Of a stretch of 64,000 bases of DNA, positions 17,830 through 28,321 are shown in pieces. Origin of the DNA: Bythopirellula sp. Its GTDB lineage: Bacteria > Planctomycetota > Planctomycetia > Pirellulales > Lacipirellulaceae. The position numbers were made by a program, and so were the translations under genes. Below the pieces are notes generated by a model. It saw only the letters and a list, made by a program, of their open reading frames with translations, was not told the origin of the DNA and made no database searches. Positions within the stretch are counted from its first letter, which is position 1, and each line of letters opens with the position of its first letter. The stretch covers positions 1,088,001-1,152,000 of the forward strand of contig OZ244170.1 in NCBI GenBank assembly GCA_965216565.1, given 5' to 3'.

Positions 17830-19470
17830 TTACTTTAACGCATCCAAGTAGCGATGAACGCAGGCAACGGCCAGCGACCCATCGCCCACGGCAAATCCGC
17901 AACGCTTGGTGGTACCCGCCCGCACGTCACCCGCCACCATGATCCCCGGCACCGAGGTTTCCACTTCGCAGGGCGCGCGATCAAGGGGCCATTGGTCTTC
18001 ACCACCGATTGCAGCACCGGCAAGGACGAACCCTTTTTCGTCCAGCGCAATGGAGTCAGGGAGCCAGTCGGTGTGCGGTTTTGCTCCGATAAACAGAAAC
18101 AGCGCGGCGCAATCGATCGTCGCTTCGTCCCCGGACTTGTTGTTTTTCACTCGAATCGAATCGAGTGAGTCATCACCGGTAATCTCCGCAACTTCGGTAT
18201 TCTTCATCACTTCAATCTTGGGATGTTTGTCTACCCTTTCGCACAAATAGGCCGACATGCTTTTCGAGAGGTCGTCGCCGCGGATGAGTATCTTCACCTG
18301 ATTCGCCGAGTCGGCTAAATACATGGCTGCTTGTCCTGCTGAGTTCCCTCCGCCAACCACAACCGCCGTGGCCTCTTGGCACACTCGCGCTTCCACCGAC
18401 GTGGCAGCATAATACACCCCGGCACCCTCTAAGGCCCGACACCCGGGAAGGTCGAGTTGCCGATAGTGAACTCCACTCGCCACCAGCACGCTTCTTGCGC
18501 GAGCCACCTGCCCGGTACAAAGATGCAAATGGTGCTCGCCTGAATCGACCGTTTCCACCGACTTGACCGTGATCGGGGCGATGAATTGAGCCCCAAATTT
18601 CAATGCCTGCAGATAGCCCCGATTGGCCAACTCGCTACCGCTGAGTCCGGAGGGAAATCCGATGAAGTTTTCGATTCTCGAGCTGCTGCCGGCTTGGCCT
18701 CCGGGTCCAACGCTGTCGACAACAAGCGTGTTGATCCCTTCTGAAGAGGCATAAACGGCCGCAGCCAATCCCGCCGGCCCGCAACCCACAATGACCAGGT
18801 CGAACAGTTTCTGATCGACATTCCGCGAGATTCCAATGCACTCCGCCAACTTTGGCAGCGAAGGATTGCCGACCGTATGACCGTTGCAATGCACAACTGG
18901 CATCGGCATGTCGCTGGCCTCCAGGCAATTGATTTGTTGCTGGCCCTCCTCCGAAGTCGCTTCGTAAAACCTGTGCGGCACGTGATTCTTGTAGAAAAAC
19001 TCGCGGATGCGAGAGGTCTCGCGCATCGCGGGCTCGCCAATTAAACGAACTCCCACAAAATCGGATTCCTCCAGCATCTTCCGCCGCATTTGCACAGCTT
19101 CCAGCAGCATCTCGCTCACCCGTGGACATTGTCCTAAGAGCTTTCGCAATCGTCCGGCACATAAGCGGTAGGTGCTCACCGGCCCGCAAGCAATGGCGGT
19201 CACCACCGCGCTCCGCCCGGTCAAAAGATCTACGTCGCCCACAAAGTTGCCGGAACCATGTTTGATGATCAGACGTTCCTGATCTTTACATTTTTCAACA
19301 ATCCGCACCTCACCGCTTTCGATGACATGAAACGGATAGTCTTTCTGGCCCTGCGAAATGAGTTCCTCTTCCGCTGAGTACGAAACCGCATCGGCAATTT
19401 CGGCCACATGGCCCATGATCTCTGTATCGAAAACCGGAAAGGCCGTCTGTTCAATCGACGATACACTCAT
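17830..19470 (-). CDS. Cyclic-nucleotide-binding domain fused to thioredoxin-reductase-like FAD oxidoreductase
   Basis: N-terminal cNMP-like domain (GNFVGDVDLLTGR), GCGPAGL, GGQAGSSSRIENF, GGGNSAGQAA, AGDVR. Confidence 0.85.
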   Translation of the reverse strand: MSVSSIEQTAFPVFDTEIMGHVAEIADAVSYSAEEELISQGQKDYPFHVIESGEVRIVEKCKDQERLIIKHGSGNFVGDVDLLTGRSAVVTAIACGPVSTYRLCAGRLRKLLGQCPRVSEMLLEAVQMRRKMLEESDFVGVRLIGEPAMRETSRIREFFYKNHVPHRFYEATSEEGQQQINCLEASDMPMPVVHCNGHTVGNPSLPKLAECIGISRNVDQKLFDLVIVGCGPAGLAAAVYASSEGINTLVVDSVGPGGQAGSSSRIENFIGFPSGLSGSELANRGYLQALKFGAQFIAPITVKSVETVDSGEHHLHLCTGQVARARSVLVASGVHYRQLDLPGCRALEGAGVYYAATSVEARVCQEATAVVVGGGNSAGQAAMYLADSANQVKILIRGDDLSKSMSAYLCERVDKHPKIEVMKNTEVAEITGDDSLDSIRVKNNKSGDEATIDCAALFLFIGAKPHTDWLPDSIALDEKGFVLAGAAIGGEDQWPLDRAPCEVETSVPGIMVAGDVRAGTTKRCGFAVGDGSLAVACVHRYLDALK

Positions 19471-19665
19471 GAAATGCTTGCCTCATATCTGCTTAGTAAA
19501 TAGGACAGCAATCATTTTAGACGATAGCCGGCAGTCGCCAACAGTGCCGCGGACCCGTTGTGGCGGACTCCCGTAATTTCGTGGTTAGAAGAATCGCACC
19601 TGCAGTGTACAATCTGCAATCGCAATTGCGCAAATGTCTCAGATTCTTCTGGAGAAACGTTCAAT

Positions 19666-20682
19666 ATGTATACGCGACGGAATATCCGTTGGAGCGTTGT
19701 GTTTCGGTTTGCCTGGAGGCAGATTCTGGTGTTCGCAGCTTGGAGTGCGTTTGCGGTCTGGCTATTTCAATATTTGCAAGCCCGAGGAATCGATGGCAGT
19801 TTGCCCATGGCATTGCTCGGCACCATCGGTGTGGCGGTCGCGTTTTACATTGGATTCAAAAACAATCAGTCCTACGATCGCAATTGGGAAGCCCGCAAAA
19901 TCTGGGGCGGGATTGTCAACGCCAGCCGAAGTTGGGCCAACCTCGTCCTTAGTTTCATCTCCTCGGCCCACGCTCAGGAAAACGTGGAAGCGAGCGAGGT
20001 GGAAGCCATTCAGCGCAAGATGATTTATCGCCACTTGGCTTGGATGCACGCATTGCGGTTCCAACTGCGCAGAAAAACCTCCTTCGGTTTCCAGCCGAAA
20101 GGAGCGCAGCGGCGATTCATGCAGCCGACCGAAATCGACGCCATGCGGAACGAGTTGAGGGAGCTTCTCTCCGAAAAAGAACTCAACGTTGCCTGCACGC
20201 GCGTCAACTCCGCAACGCAACTTTTGAGATTGCAAAGCGAACACTTGCGCCAGGTGGTGGAACAGCATCATCTGACCGAGGAGTTTCGATTGATTGCCAT
20301 GATGGAAATCGTGACGGAACTCTATGCTCTGCAAGGAAAATGCGAACGTATCAAGAATACGCCCTTCCCACGTCAATACGCTTACTTCAGCAATGTCTTC
20401 ACCTGGATCTTCATTACGCTGCTGCCATTCGGTATTGTGGGAGAATTGGCGGCTCGAGATGGCGGATGGATTTGGGCCACGGTTCCGCTCGCGACGGTTG
20501 TGTCTTGGATGTTCTACACAATGGAGGCAGTTGGAGATTCGAGCGAAGACCCGTTCGAAAACTTCATCAACGATGTCCCCATGACAGCCCTGTGTCGCAC
20601 CATCGAAATCGATCTCCGCCAGATGATGAGCGAAAAAGACGTGCCGCCCCCGCTCAAGCCGATCGACGACATCTTGATGTAA
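19666..20682 (+). CDS. Bestrophin family (YneE-like) anion channel
   Basis: GFKNNQSYDRNWEARKIWG, CERIKNTPFP, EDPFEN..NDVPM; start at MYTRR. Confidence 0.88.
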   Translation: MYTRRNIRWSVVFRFAWRQILVFAAWSAFAVWLFQYLQARGIDGSLPMALLGTIGVAVAFYIGFKNNQSYDRNWEARKIWGGIVNASRSWANLVLSFISSAHAQENVEASEVEAIQRKMIYRHLAWMHALRFQLRRKTSFGFQPKGAQRRFMQPTEIDAMRNELRELLSEKELNVACTRVNSATQLLRLQSEHLRQVVEQHHLTEEFRLIAMMEIVTELYALQGKCERIKNTPFPRQYAYFSNVFTWIFITLLPFGIVGELAARDGGWIWATVPLATVVSWMFYTMEAVGDSSEDPFENFINDVPMTALCRTIEIDLRQMMSEKDVPPPLKPIDDILM

Positions 20683-20844
20683 TTCTTGATAGGAACCATT
20701 CCGGAACAGTCTTCACAGCGACATTCTGTCGTCAATCTTTGGTCTGAGGATTTCTACGCTTGTCCCTTGGCTCCGCTGGCCAATACTCTTTAGCAGACAG
20801 AAGACAGAGAGTGTGGGAAACGGAGCGCAAAACTCACCAAGCCG

Positions 20845-21924
20845 ATGCCAAACAACGCGATGAGCACACAGCAATCATCTACTAGCGAGCGTAACCAACG
20901 ACGGGCCAAAAAGGCCCAGTTGCATTACGTCAACAGCTTCGATGAGGGGATCACGCGGAGGCGTTGCGGTAAGGGTTTTACTTACGTTTCCGCGAACGGA
21001 AAAACCGTGCGGGCCAAGCAAACTCGCAAGCGGATCGATAACCTGGTCATTCCTCCCGCCTGGGAAGATGTATGGATTTGCCCGAAGTCCAACGGGCATA
21101 TCCAGGTTCGTGGTCGCGACGAGGCAGGACGGATCCAGTACATCTATCACGAACGCTGGCAGGCGGTCAGCGCTGCCCGAAAATTTGATCGACTACATCT
21201 CATGGCCGAGTTGCTGCCGCGCATCCGCCGCCGGGTTCGCAAGGATTTAGGGGTGAAGAAACTCTCAAAAAAACGAGTCCTCGCCGCGGTCGTCCGGCTA
21301 CTAGATAAAGCCAAAATGCGGATCGGTAACGAGCAGTATGCAGAAACCAGCGGTGCCCGGGGGGCCACGACGATCGCACCAGAGCATGTCGAGATCGAAA
21401 ATTTCTCGGTGACGCTCGACTATCCTTCCAAGAGCGGCAAGCATCGCGAGATCGAGTTTTCCAACAGAAAAGTCGCCAAGGTGCTCAGCGAATGCGAGGA
21501 GCTCGACGGTCAGTATCTTTTTTGTTACCACGCCAAGGACGATCGTCTGTGCCGAGTCGACTCGACGGACGTCAATGAGTACCTGAGCGAGATTACGTCG
21601 AAGGGGGTCTCCGCAAAAGACTTTCGCACCTGGTGGGGCAGTGTGCAAACTCTTTCTGCCCTCGCCGATATCGATCCAGATTTAACCGCCCGGAAACGGA
21701 AGTCGCAAATAAATAGGGCCATCGAATCAGCCGCTTCGCTGTTGGGGAACACCAAGGCCGTTTGCCGCAAGAGCTACGTCCACCCCGGCATCATCGCCGC
21801 GGCGGAGTCGGGAGAACTGCCCAAGCTGCTCGCAGATTTGTCGATCGCGTCGGTCGAAAATCAAGAACTCTCGCAGGATGAACAGCAGTTTGCCGCGCTG
21901 CTCCCGCATCTCGAATTTTCATGA
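20845..21924 (+). CDS. Bacterial type IB DNA topoisomerase
   Basis: IPPAWEDVWIC, GRDEAGRIQY, RIGNEQY, KSGK, KDFRTW, LGNT..VCRKSYVHP (catalytic Tyr). Confidence 0.92.
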   Translation: MPNNAMSTQQSSTSERNQRRAKKAQLHYVNSFDEGITRRRCGKGFTYVSANGKTVRAKQTRKRIDNLVIPPAWEDVWICPKSNGHIQVRGRDEAGRIQYIYHERWQAVSAARKFDRLHLMAELLPRIRRRVRKDLGVKKLSKKRVLAAVVRLLDKAKMRIGNEQYAETSGARGATTIAPEHVEIENFSVTLDYPSKSGKHREIEFSNRKVAKVLSECEELDGQYLFCYHAKDDRLCRVDSTDVNEYLSEITSKGVSAKDFRTWWGSVQTLSALADIDPDLTARKRKSQINRAIESAASLLGNTKAVCRKSYVHPGIIAAAESGELPKLLADLSIASVENQELSQDEQQFAALLPHLEFS

Positions 21925-21938
21925 TCGCGGGCGAAGGG

Positions 21939-22253
21939 TTAATCGTCGACTTCCAAGCCACGCTCCCACTCAGCGTAGGGTGTGTTCTTCGCCATGTGAC
22001 GGTTGTAGTCGGGCGCCCCGTCGTCCCACCAAACCTCACCCCGTTCGCCCAGGGCTACCTTGGCTGCATGCACTTGCGTGCGCGCGGCAGAGAGCTCCGC
22101 CTCGTCTTGTGCATGCTTCACCGCCCGACGCGCATCCATTAGTTCCGCGACGAAGCGCTGACGTTCCTCTTCCGGCAAACTTGGATCCGTACAACGCCAC
22201 AACCGCCCCTTCACAAGGAAGTAGCGACCATCCGGCGTCACAGGATACTTCAT
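21939..22253 (-). CDS. Small hypothetical protein
   Basis: 104 aa with TPDGRYFLVKGRLWR and LGERGEVWW; convergent with TopIB. Confidence 0.75.
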   Translation of the reverse strand: MKYPVTPDGRYFLVKGRLWRCTDPSLPEEERQRFVAELMDARRAVKHAQDEAELSAARTQVHAAKVALGERGEVWWDDGAPDYNRHMAKNTPYAEWERGLEVDD

Positions 22254-22338
22254 ACCCCAAAGCCCACCAAAAAAATTCCGGCGCTAACCGTGATGCCGCA
22301 GTTCACTCGCCGCGACGAGCAACACAAGGCAGCAAAAG

Positions 22339-22599
22339 CTACTTAGGAACCTGCGGCCGACTAAAGCCAATGTTATCCAGTGCCTTGTATACTTCCTCCA
22401 GCGTCTTCTCGCCAAAATTAGAAATACTCAGCAAGTCGGCACGGGTACAATGCAACAGATCGTTGACCGTAAAGATGCCCTTTTCTTCCAGGCAATTGGT
22501 CGTGCGAACCGCCAGGCCAATTTCGGCCGTGCTCATCTCGAGTCGATCTTTAAGACCCTGGTTGGCGAGTTCAGTTTGATTGAGAGGTATGCGCGTCAT
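22339..22599 (-). CDS. Stand-alone RNA polymerase alpha C-terminal domain protein
   Basis: LAVRTTNCL..GIFTVNDLL..LLSISNFGEKTLEEV aligns with alpha-CTD; 86 aa, no alpha-NTD. Confidence 0.85.
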   Translation of the reverse strand: MTRIPLNQTELANQGLKDRLEMSTAEIGLAVRTTNCLEEKGIFTVNDLLHCTRADLLSISNFGEKTLEEVYKALDNIGFSRPQVPK

Positions 22600-22822
22600 C
22601 GCACGGGCTCCTTCCCTTAAAATGGATTCAACTGTCCCTATGATCCATGGTCGTCGTCGACCATCCAAGTTGGGCGGAAGTATACCAGTTTTTCTCGGTT
22701 GAAATCAAGAAAATCGCCCGCGAACGCCGTTTTTTTCGTATCGGCAATATCGTGCTGTCATTGGCGCAATTCACCACGGCACTCTACGATGAAGACAGCA
22801 AGTAAGCCCACCAGCTCCAAGA

Positions 22823-22928
22823 AGCAGCAACTCAAGAATTACTTTGTCATGGAGTCCCTCGCCCCCTTGGGGAAAGGCTAGGTGAGGGGATCTCAAAAAA
22901 CAGCCGAAGTAATTCTTGAGTTGCTGCT
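22823..22928. mobile_element. MITE-like element with perfect 22-bp terminal inverted repeats
   Basis: agcagcaactcaagaattactt (22823-22844) / aagtaattcttgagttgctgct (22907-22928), enclosing a CCCTC-family hairpin. Confidence 0.55.
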
Positions 22929-22957
22929 GAGAATAGCCAGAATAAGCAAAACTAAAT

Positions 22958-25282
22958 ATGCCAGCCGATCCTCTCTTCCAATCCCTCAATGAGCCGCAGT
23001 GCGAGGCCGTCCGCCACATGGAGGGCCCCATGCTGGTGCTGGCCGGTCCCGGTAGTGGCAAGACACGAGTCGTTACGCACCGTATCGCCCATCTGCTTCG
23101 CGAAGGCGTGCCGGCGTCGCAAATTCTCGCACTCACCTTCACGAATAAAGCCGCTGAAGAAATGGCTGCCCGTGTCGAGCAACTTGCCCCAGGGCAGGAA
23201 GTTTGGGTCAGCACGTTCCATCGCTTCGGAGCACGCATGCTCCGCAACTACGCCCAGTACCTGGGCCTGCAGCCGAACTACACCATCTACGACACCAGCG
23301 ATTCCAAACAAACGCTCGCCCGCGTCATCGAAGCGGGCAATTTCAAAACCATGCACTACACCCCCGACCGCATTGCCGCGGCCATCAGTGCAGCCAAGAA
23401 CAAACTTATTACCCCCGATCGCTACGAAGCCCGTGCAGGCAGTCCCCTCAGTCACATTGTGGCCGAGGTCTATCCCGCTTACCAAGCACGTCTGCTCGCT
23501 TCTTCGGCTGTCGACTTCGACGATCTCTTGTTGCACGTCGCCAACTTGCTTTATCAAAATGAAGAAATCCGCGCCAGCCTCGACGACCGCTATCGCTACA
23601 TCATGGTCGACGAGTATCAAGATACGAATCATGCCCAGTACGTGATGTTACGCGCGCTCTCGGTCGATCATCCCAATCTGGCAGTCACTGGTGATCCCGA
23701 CCAATCGATCTACGGTTGGCGTGGGGCCGATATCAATAACATTCTGCAGTTCGAATCCGACTACCCCGAGGTGCGCGTCGTCCGATTGGAACGCAACTAC
23801 CGTAGCACAAAGCGAGTGCTGCAGGTGGCCGACCAACTCATTGGCTACAACAAACGTCGCAAGCAGAAGGCACTGTTCACTGAAAACGACGAAGGCGCGC
23901 AGGTCCGCCTGGTGGAATATGCTACCCAGGACGAGGAGTCGCAGGGAATCGCACAACGCATTGCCGAGGAGGTTACCTCCGGCGCACGCCGACCCAGTGA
24001 CTTTGCCATCTTCTATCGGGTGAATGCCCTTTCGCGATCGCTGGAGCGGGCGCTCCGCGAAGCCGGGGTCCCCTATCAAATGATTCGCGGCCAGGAGTTT
24101 TATCAGCGCAAGGAAATCAAAGACGTGCTGGCCTACTGCCAATTGATGAACAACCCCCGCGACGATCAAGCCGTGTTGCGGACGATCAATACGCCAGCGC
24201 GAGGCATTGGCCGCAAGACGGTCGACCGGCTTTCCGAGTACGCCTACACCTATGGCGTGTCGTTGATGGAGGCGGCACGCGAAGCGGCCCAGGTCGAAGC
24301 CTTGGCCGCCCGTTCGGTGAAGAGTGTGCTGAAGTTTGTGGCACTGATGGATAAGCTAGGTGAACTGATCAACGGCGACATGGAAGAAATTCTCGGGACG
24401 ATCATCAACGAATCCGGTTATCGCGGGCACCTGAGCGAGAGCGAATCGGAAGAGGACCTCAACCGCCTGGCCAACATCGAAGAACTACTCACTGACGCCC
24501 GTCAGTTCGACGAGCAAAACCCGGGCGGTGGCTACCTGGAAACTTATCTGGAGAACGCCTGGCTGGTGAACGAAACCGATTCTTGGCAGAGCGACAACGA
24601 TAAAGTGACAATGATGACGCTGCACGCCGCCAAAGGATTGGAGTTTCCCGTGGTTTTTCTCGTCGCGGTCGAGCATGGCCTGTTACCGCACGAACGGAGT
24701 ACAAACGACGAATCTCAATTAGAAGAGGAACGCCGCCTCGCCTTTGTCGGCATCACCCGAGCCGAGGAAGAACTGCAACTCAGCTACGCCATCCAACGCG
24801 ACTTCCGCGGCCAGCGCCGCCGCACGGTCCCCAGTTCATTCCTGATGGAAATGCCCCGTGAAGAAATGCAACTCACCCAAGTCGCCAGCCATCAAGATCA
24901 CTGGAGCGAAATGGACTGGCTGGAGGGGGATGCCGGCGGGCAAGCTGGTGAGGAAGATTTCCTCGCCGATGATCTTTCGTTCGATGTGGCAGAGATGGAA
25001 TCGGAATCGAAATCGAAGCCCGTTAGCGACAAATGGCAAGTTGCCGCCGCCCAAGTCACCACCGCCGCACAACTAGCAGGCGACGAATCCAAATCAGCGC
25101 CCCGCGCCGAGCCCGACAGTTTCGCGCAAGGCATGACCGTCGTCCACCCCGAGCACGGCCTGGGGAAAATCGTCGCCCTCTCCGGCGCCGGCAAAAACCG
25201 CCGCGCCACCGTCCGCTTCGCTACGGCGGGAGAAAAACGCTTCGTCCTAGCCCACAGCCCGCTACGACCAGCGGGCAAGTAA
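22958..25282 (+). CDS. pcrA: UvrD/PcrA ATP-dependent DNA helicase
   Basis: AGPGSGKT, TFTNKAA, VDEYQD, GDPDQSIYGWRGA, NYRST, TLHAAKGLEF, EEERRLAFVGITRA, C-terminal Tudor-like domain. Confidence 0.95.
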   Translation: MPADPLFQSLNEPQCEAVRHMEGPMLVLAGPGSGKTRVVTHRIAHLLREGVPASQILALTFTNKAAEEMAARVEQLAPGQEVWVSTFHRFGARMLRNYAQYLGLQPNYTIYDTSDSKQTLARVIEAGNFKTMHYTPDRIAAAISAAKNKLITPDRYEARAGSPLSHIVAEVYPAYQARLLASSAVDFDDLLLHVANLLYQNEEIRASLDDRYRYIMVDEYQDTNHAQYVMLRALSVDHPNLAVTGDPDQSIYGWRGADINNILQFESDYPEVRVVRLERNYRSTKRVLQVADQLIGYNKRRKQKALFTENDEGAQVRLVEYATQDEESQGIAQRIAEEVTSGARRPSDFAIFYRVNALSRSLERALREAGVPYQMIRGQEFYQRKEIKDVLAYCQLMNNPRDDQAVLRTINTPARGIGRKTVDRLSEYAYTYGVSLMEAAREAAQVEALAARSVKSVLKFVALMDKLGELINGDMEEILGTIINESGYRGHLSESESEEDLNRLANIEELLTDARQFDEQNPGGGYLETYLENAWLVNETDSWQSDNDKVTMMTLHAAKGLEFPVVFLVAVEHGLLPHERSTNDESQLEEERRLAFVGITRAEEELQLSYAIQRDFRGQRRRTVPSSFLMEMPREEMQLTQVASHQDHWSEMDWLEGDAGGQAGEEDFLADDLSFDVAEMESESKSKPVSDKWQVAAAQVTTAAQLAGDESKSAPRAEPDSFAQGMTVVHPEHGLGKIVALSGAGKNRRATVRFATAGEKRFVLAHSPLRPAGK

Positions 25283-25313
25283 AGAAGTGGCACCCAGCGA
25301 GGCATTAATAGAG

Positions 25314-25550
25314 CTAATGTCGTATAAGCAGAGATTCGAATACAGCGAACAAAGCTCCAAATCCTGTACCAACTAGAAATCCGACTGCTGCAGATTGATC
25401 AAGACTTGGCCCAGGTTTACCACGATTTAGAATACGCAAGGCAACTGCTATTAAGCATCCACAAATTCCGTATGTAAACGTCTTGATAACTATGGTAACG
25501 AGAACAGGATCAAACATTTGCCAAACCATGGATAGGGAGACTAAAACCAC
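25314..25550 (-). CDS. Small hydrophobic hypothetical protein
   Basis: 78 aa with two hydrophobic segments in an AT-richer stretch. Confidence 0.4.
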   Translation of the reverse strand: MVLVSLSMVWQMFDPVLVTIVIKTFTYGICGCLIAVALRILNRGKPGPSLDQSAAVGFLVGTGFGALFAVFESLLIRH

Positions 25551-25738
25551 AACACATATGCATTTCTCGATTCCACTGACTTGTGGCTACTTCCCTCATG
25601 ACCAGAACCAATTTGGCTATCGATAATTCTGCAAGTGCGGCTACAGTGCCCAGATGTAATGTAGGTGACCATCTTCGCTCAACCACGCGGCTCCTAGTTC
25701 CCAATAGTAGCTGCTAAGTGAGAAGGATGATTAGCATT

Positions 25739-26755
25739 TCATTCATCACCGCCTGGGAATACCTTCCGCCAATCGTTTTTCATGTCTACGACCGTCCAGT
25801 TATTTCGTTGGGCCTCTACAAGAGCTTTATCTAGTCGGCCGACGTGAGATTCTCGATCGTACGCCCACTCCCGCTTCGCGTCGGTGTGATGGACGATGAG
25901 GCAAAACCGCGGACCGTCACCGGCTGAAGTCCATTGCAGCATTTCCAAGTCTCCGTCCGAGTTCCCAAATGCTGCAACCGGACGTCTCCCGATGTGATGA
26001 TTGATCCCCACAGGCTTGCCTGCCTTGTCGTCGATGAAATTCAGTTCTGGCAGACGTACCAAAACTGGTTTTTCTCCGCGAAACTTAAACTTTGTACGGA
26101 TGCTGCTGCCAACAACTTGTTCGGGCGGGATCCCATAGATGTTTTCCGTCCATGGTCGCATGAACTCGATTCCGCCACCAGACACAATGAACGTCTTGAA
26201 CTCATTGTCGCGTAAGTATGCCAGCAATTCGAGCATCGGCTGGTAGACCATCTCGGAGTAGAGTCTGCCCGTTTGGGGATGCTTTGCAGTAGCAAGCCAT
26301 TCGGTCACGATCTCGCTGAACTCTTCAGTTGTCATATCCGCATGGGTGGCCATGATCAACTCGAGCAGGGCTTTTTCACCACCTGCCGAAGCCGATTTCA
26401 AATCTCCGTTCAGTATCGAAGCGTAAGGTTCTTGTGTCTCCCATTTAGGATGTTCTGGCGACAGAGCCTTCACACGATCGATTGCAAACAGTGCTTGGAA
26501 GTACACCGGTTGCTCAGCCCACAGGCAGCCATCGTTGTCGAACGTAGCGATTCTCTCGCTGGGTGTGATAAATTGTGGCGAGTTCTCATCGACCACGTTC
26601 CCGACGAATTCCATGATCGATCGCTTAGTAGTCCCTTCGTTCCACGACGGCAAGGGATCAGCAGCGAAACCATAAGCAGCCCAAAACAACGTAACAATAG
26701 TTACGAGTCCCATCTGCATCGCAACAGATTCAAACGATTTATTTAAGAAACGCAC
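25739..26755 (-). CDS. Secreted HAD-family hydrolase
   Basis: Signal peptide, DPLPSWN, FDNDGCLW, IVSGG, FGNSDGD. Confidence 0.88.
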   Translation of the reverse strand: MRFLNKSFESVAMQMGLVTIVTLFWAAYGFAADPLPSWNEGTTKRSIMEFVGNVVDENSPQFITPSERIATFDNDGCLWAEQPVYFQALFAIDRVKALSPEHPKWETQEPYASILNGDLKSASAGGEKALLELIMATHADMTTEEFSEIVTEWLATAKHPQTGRLYSEMVYQPMLELLAYLRDNEFKTFIVSGGGIEFMRPWTENIYGIPPEQVVGSSIRTKFKFRGEKPVLVRLPELNFIDDKAGKPVGINHHIGRRPVAAFGNSDGDLEMLQWTSAGDGPRFCLIVHHTDAKREWAYDRESHVGRLDKALVEAQRNNWTVVDMKNDWRKVFPGGDE

Positions 26756-28321
26756 TTAACTACCTTTGTTAGCCGACTTGATTTGCTCGATCACTTTTTC
26801 CAGATTGAACGAACCGGGAGTCTGGCTCGGCGGATAATCAACCATTGTCTTCAAAAAGCGTCCGGCAAGATCTTGCATGGGTACGAGCACGTAGACACGG
26901 TCAATGTACCAATCCCAATAGGTGTTTGAATTCTCAAACGCCTTTTCAAACGGATCACGACGCAGATTGAATAGATAAGGAATTCGCAGTTCGATGAAAG
27001 GCTCCTGCCAAACTCCGAGTTGTCGACCGCGATTCGCGAGGAAAACGGCTTTCCATGGTTGATAGCGGATTGCAACGATTTGACCATCATCGTTGACATA
27101 CCAGAATTCTTTGCGGGCAGACTCTTCGGTTTCGCCCTTTAGATATTCCAACTGGTTGTAACCATCAAGATGTTGACGGTAGTTGCGACCGATGGCTTCA
27201 TAGCCGTCGAGCAAATCTTCCTTGATATCATCCTTGCCAGAGGCAGCAGCGAACGTGGGTAGCCAATCTTCGTGCGACACAATTCCGTTGAGAGTCACGC
27301 CAGCGGGAAACTCGCCCGGCCAACGCACAAAGGCAGGTACTCTGTAGGCACCTTCCCAATTCGAGTTCTTTTCCCCATGAAATGGAGTCGTCCCCGCGTC
27401 CGGCCAAGTATTGTAGTGAGGACCATTGTCAGTCGAATACTGAACAATAGTGTTATCCGCGATACCAAGCTCATCGAGCAAGTCGAGCAACTCGCCAACA
27501 TGCATGTCGTGCTCAACCATGCCATCTCCATACTCATCCTGGCCAGATTTGCCTCGCTGAGCCTCTTTCACATGAGTGCGGAAGTGCATGCGAGTTCCAT
27601 TCCACCAGCAGAAGAAGGGTTCATCTGCCTTCACTTTTCGTTTGATAAAGTCTTTCGCTGCCGCAACGGTCTCGTCATCGATAGTTTGCATCCGTTTGCG
27701 ATTCAGTGGTCCGGTATCTTCAATCTTTTGTGAACCATCTTTCTGTGCGAAAGATTTGATTACACCTCGAGGACCAAATTGTTCACGAAACGTTTTGCCG
27801 TTAGGCAAAGTTAAATTAGTTGGATAATCTTCGTGCTCCGGTTCTTCTTCCGCATTGAGGTGGTAAAGATTGCCAAAGAACTCATCAAAGCCATGGTTTG
27901 TCGGTAGGTGGGTATCTAAATCACCTTGGTGGTTCTTGCCAAACTGGCCAGTTGAATACCCAAGTGACTTCATCACCGCAGCCATCGTCACATCGGTCTC
28001 TTGCCAACCTTCCTTAGCCCCGGGCATACCGACTTTGGTCATGCCGGTGCGAACCGGAACCGTACCTCCAATGAACGCGGCGCGTCCCGCAGTGCACGAC
28101 TGCTGCGCGTAATAGTCCGTGAATGCCAAACCTTCACGAGCGATGCGATCGATGTTGGGCGTCTTGTAGCCCATCATGCCTCGACTATTGTGACTAATAT
28201 TCCACGTACCAATGTCATCGCCCCAGATGACTAGAATGTTAGGCTTGTCGGCTCCAATGACCGGGTTGCCGAGCGTCGCTGCGACCACCGTGATAACTGC
28301 GTAGAAAATTGCAATACGCAT
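26756..28321 (-). CDS. Arylsulfatase (formylglycine-dependent)
   Basis: Signal peptide, KPNILVIWGDDIG, SCTAGR (CxxxR), GKNH, TDNG. Confidence 0.92.
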   Translation of the reverse strand: MRIAIFYAVITVVAATLGNPVIGADKPNILVIWGDDIGTWNISHNSRGMMGYKTPNIDRIAREGLAFTDYYAQQSCTAGRAAFIGGTVPVRTGMTKVGMPGAKEGWQETDVTMAAVMKSLGYSTGQFGKNHQGDLDTHLPTNHGFDEFFGNLYHLNAEEEPEHEDYPTNLTLPNGKTFREQFGPRGVIKSFAQKDGSQKIEDTGPLNRKRMQTIDDETVAAAKDFIKRKVKADEPFFCWWNGTRMHFRTHVKEAQRGKSGQDEYGDGMVEHDMHVGELLDLLDELGIADNTIVQYSTDNGPHYNTWPDAGTTPFHGEKNSNWEGAYRVPAFVRWPGEFPAGVTLNGIVSHEDWLPTFAAASGKDDIKEDLLDGYEAIGRNYRQHLDGYNQLEYLKGETEESARKEFWYVNDDGQIVAIRYQPWKAVFLANRGRQLGVWQEPFIELRIPYLFNLRRDPFEKAFENSNTYWDWYIDRVYVLVPMQDLAGRFLKTMVDYPPSQTPGSFNLEKVIEQIKSANKGS

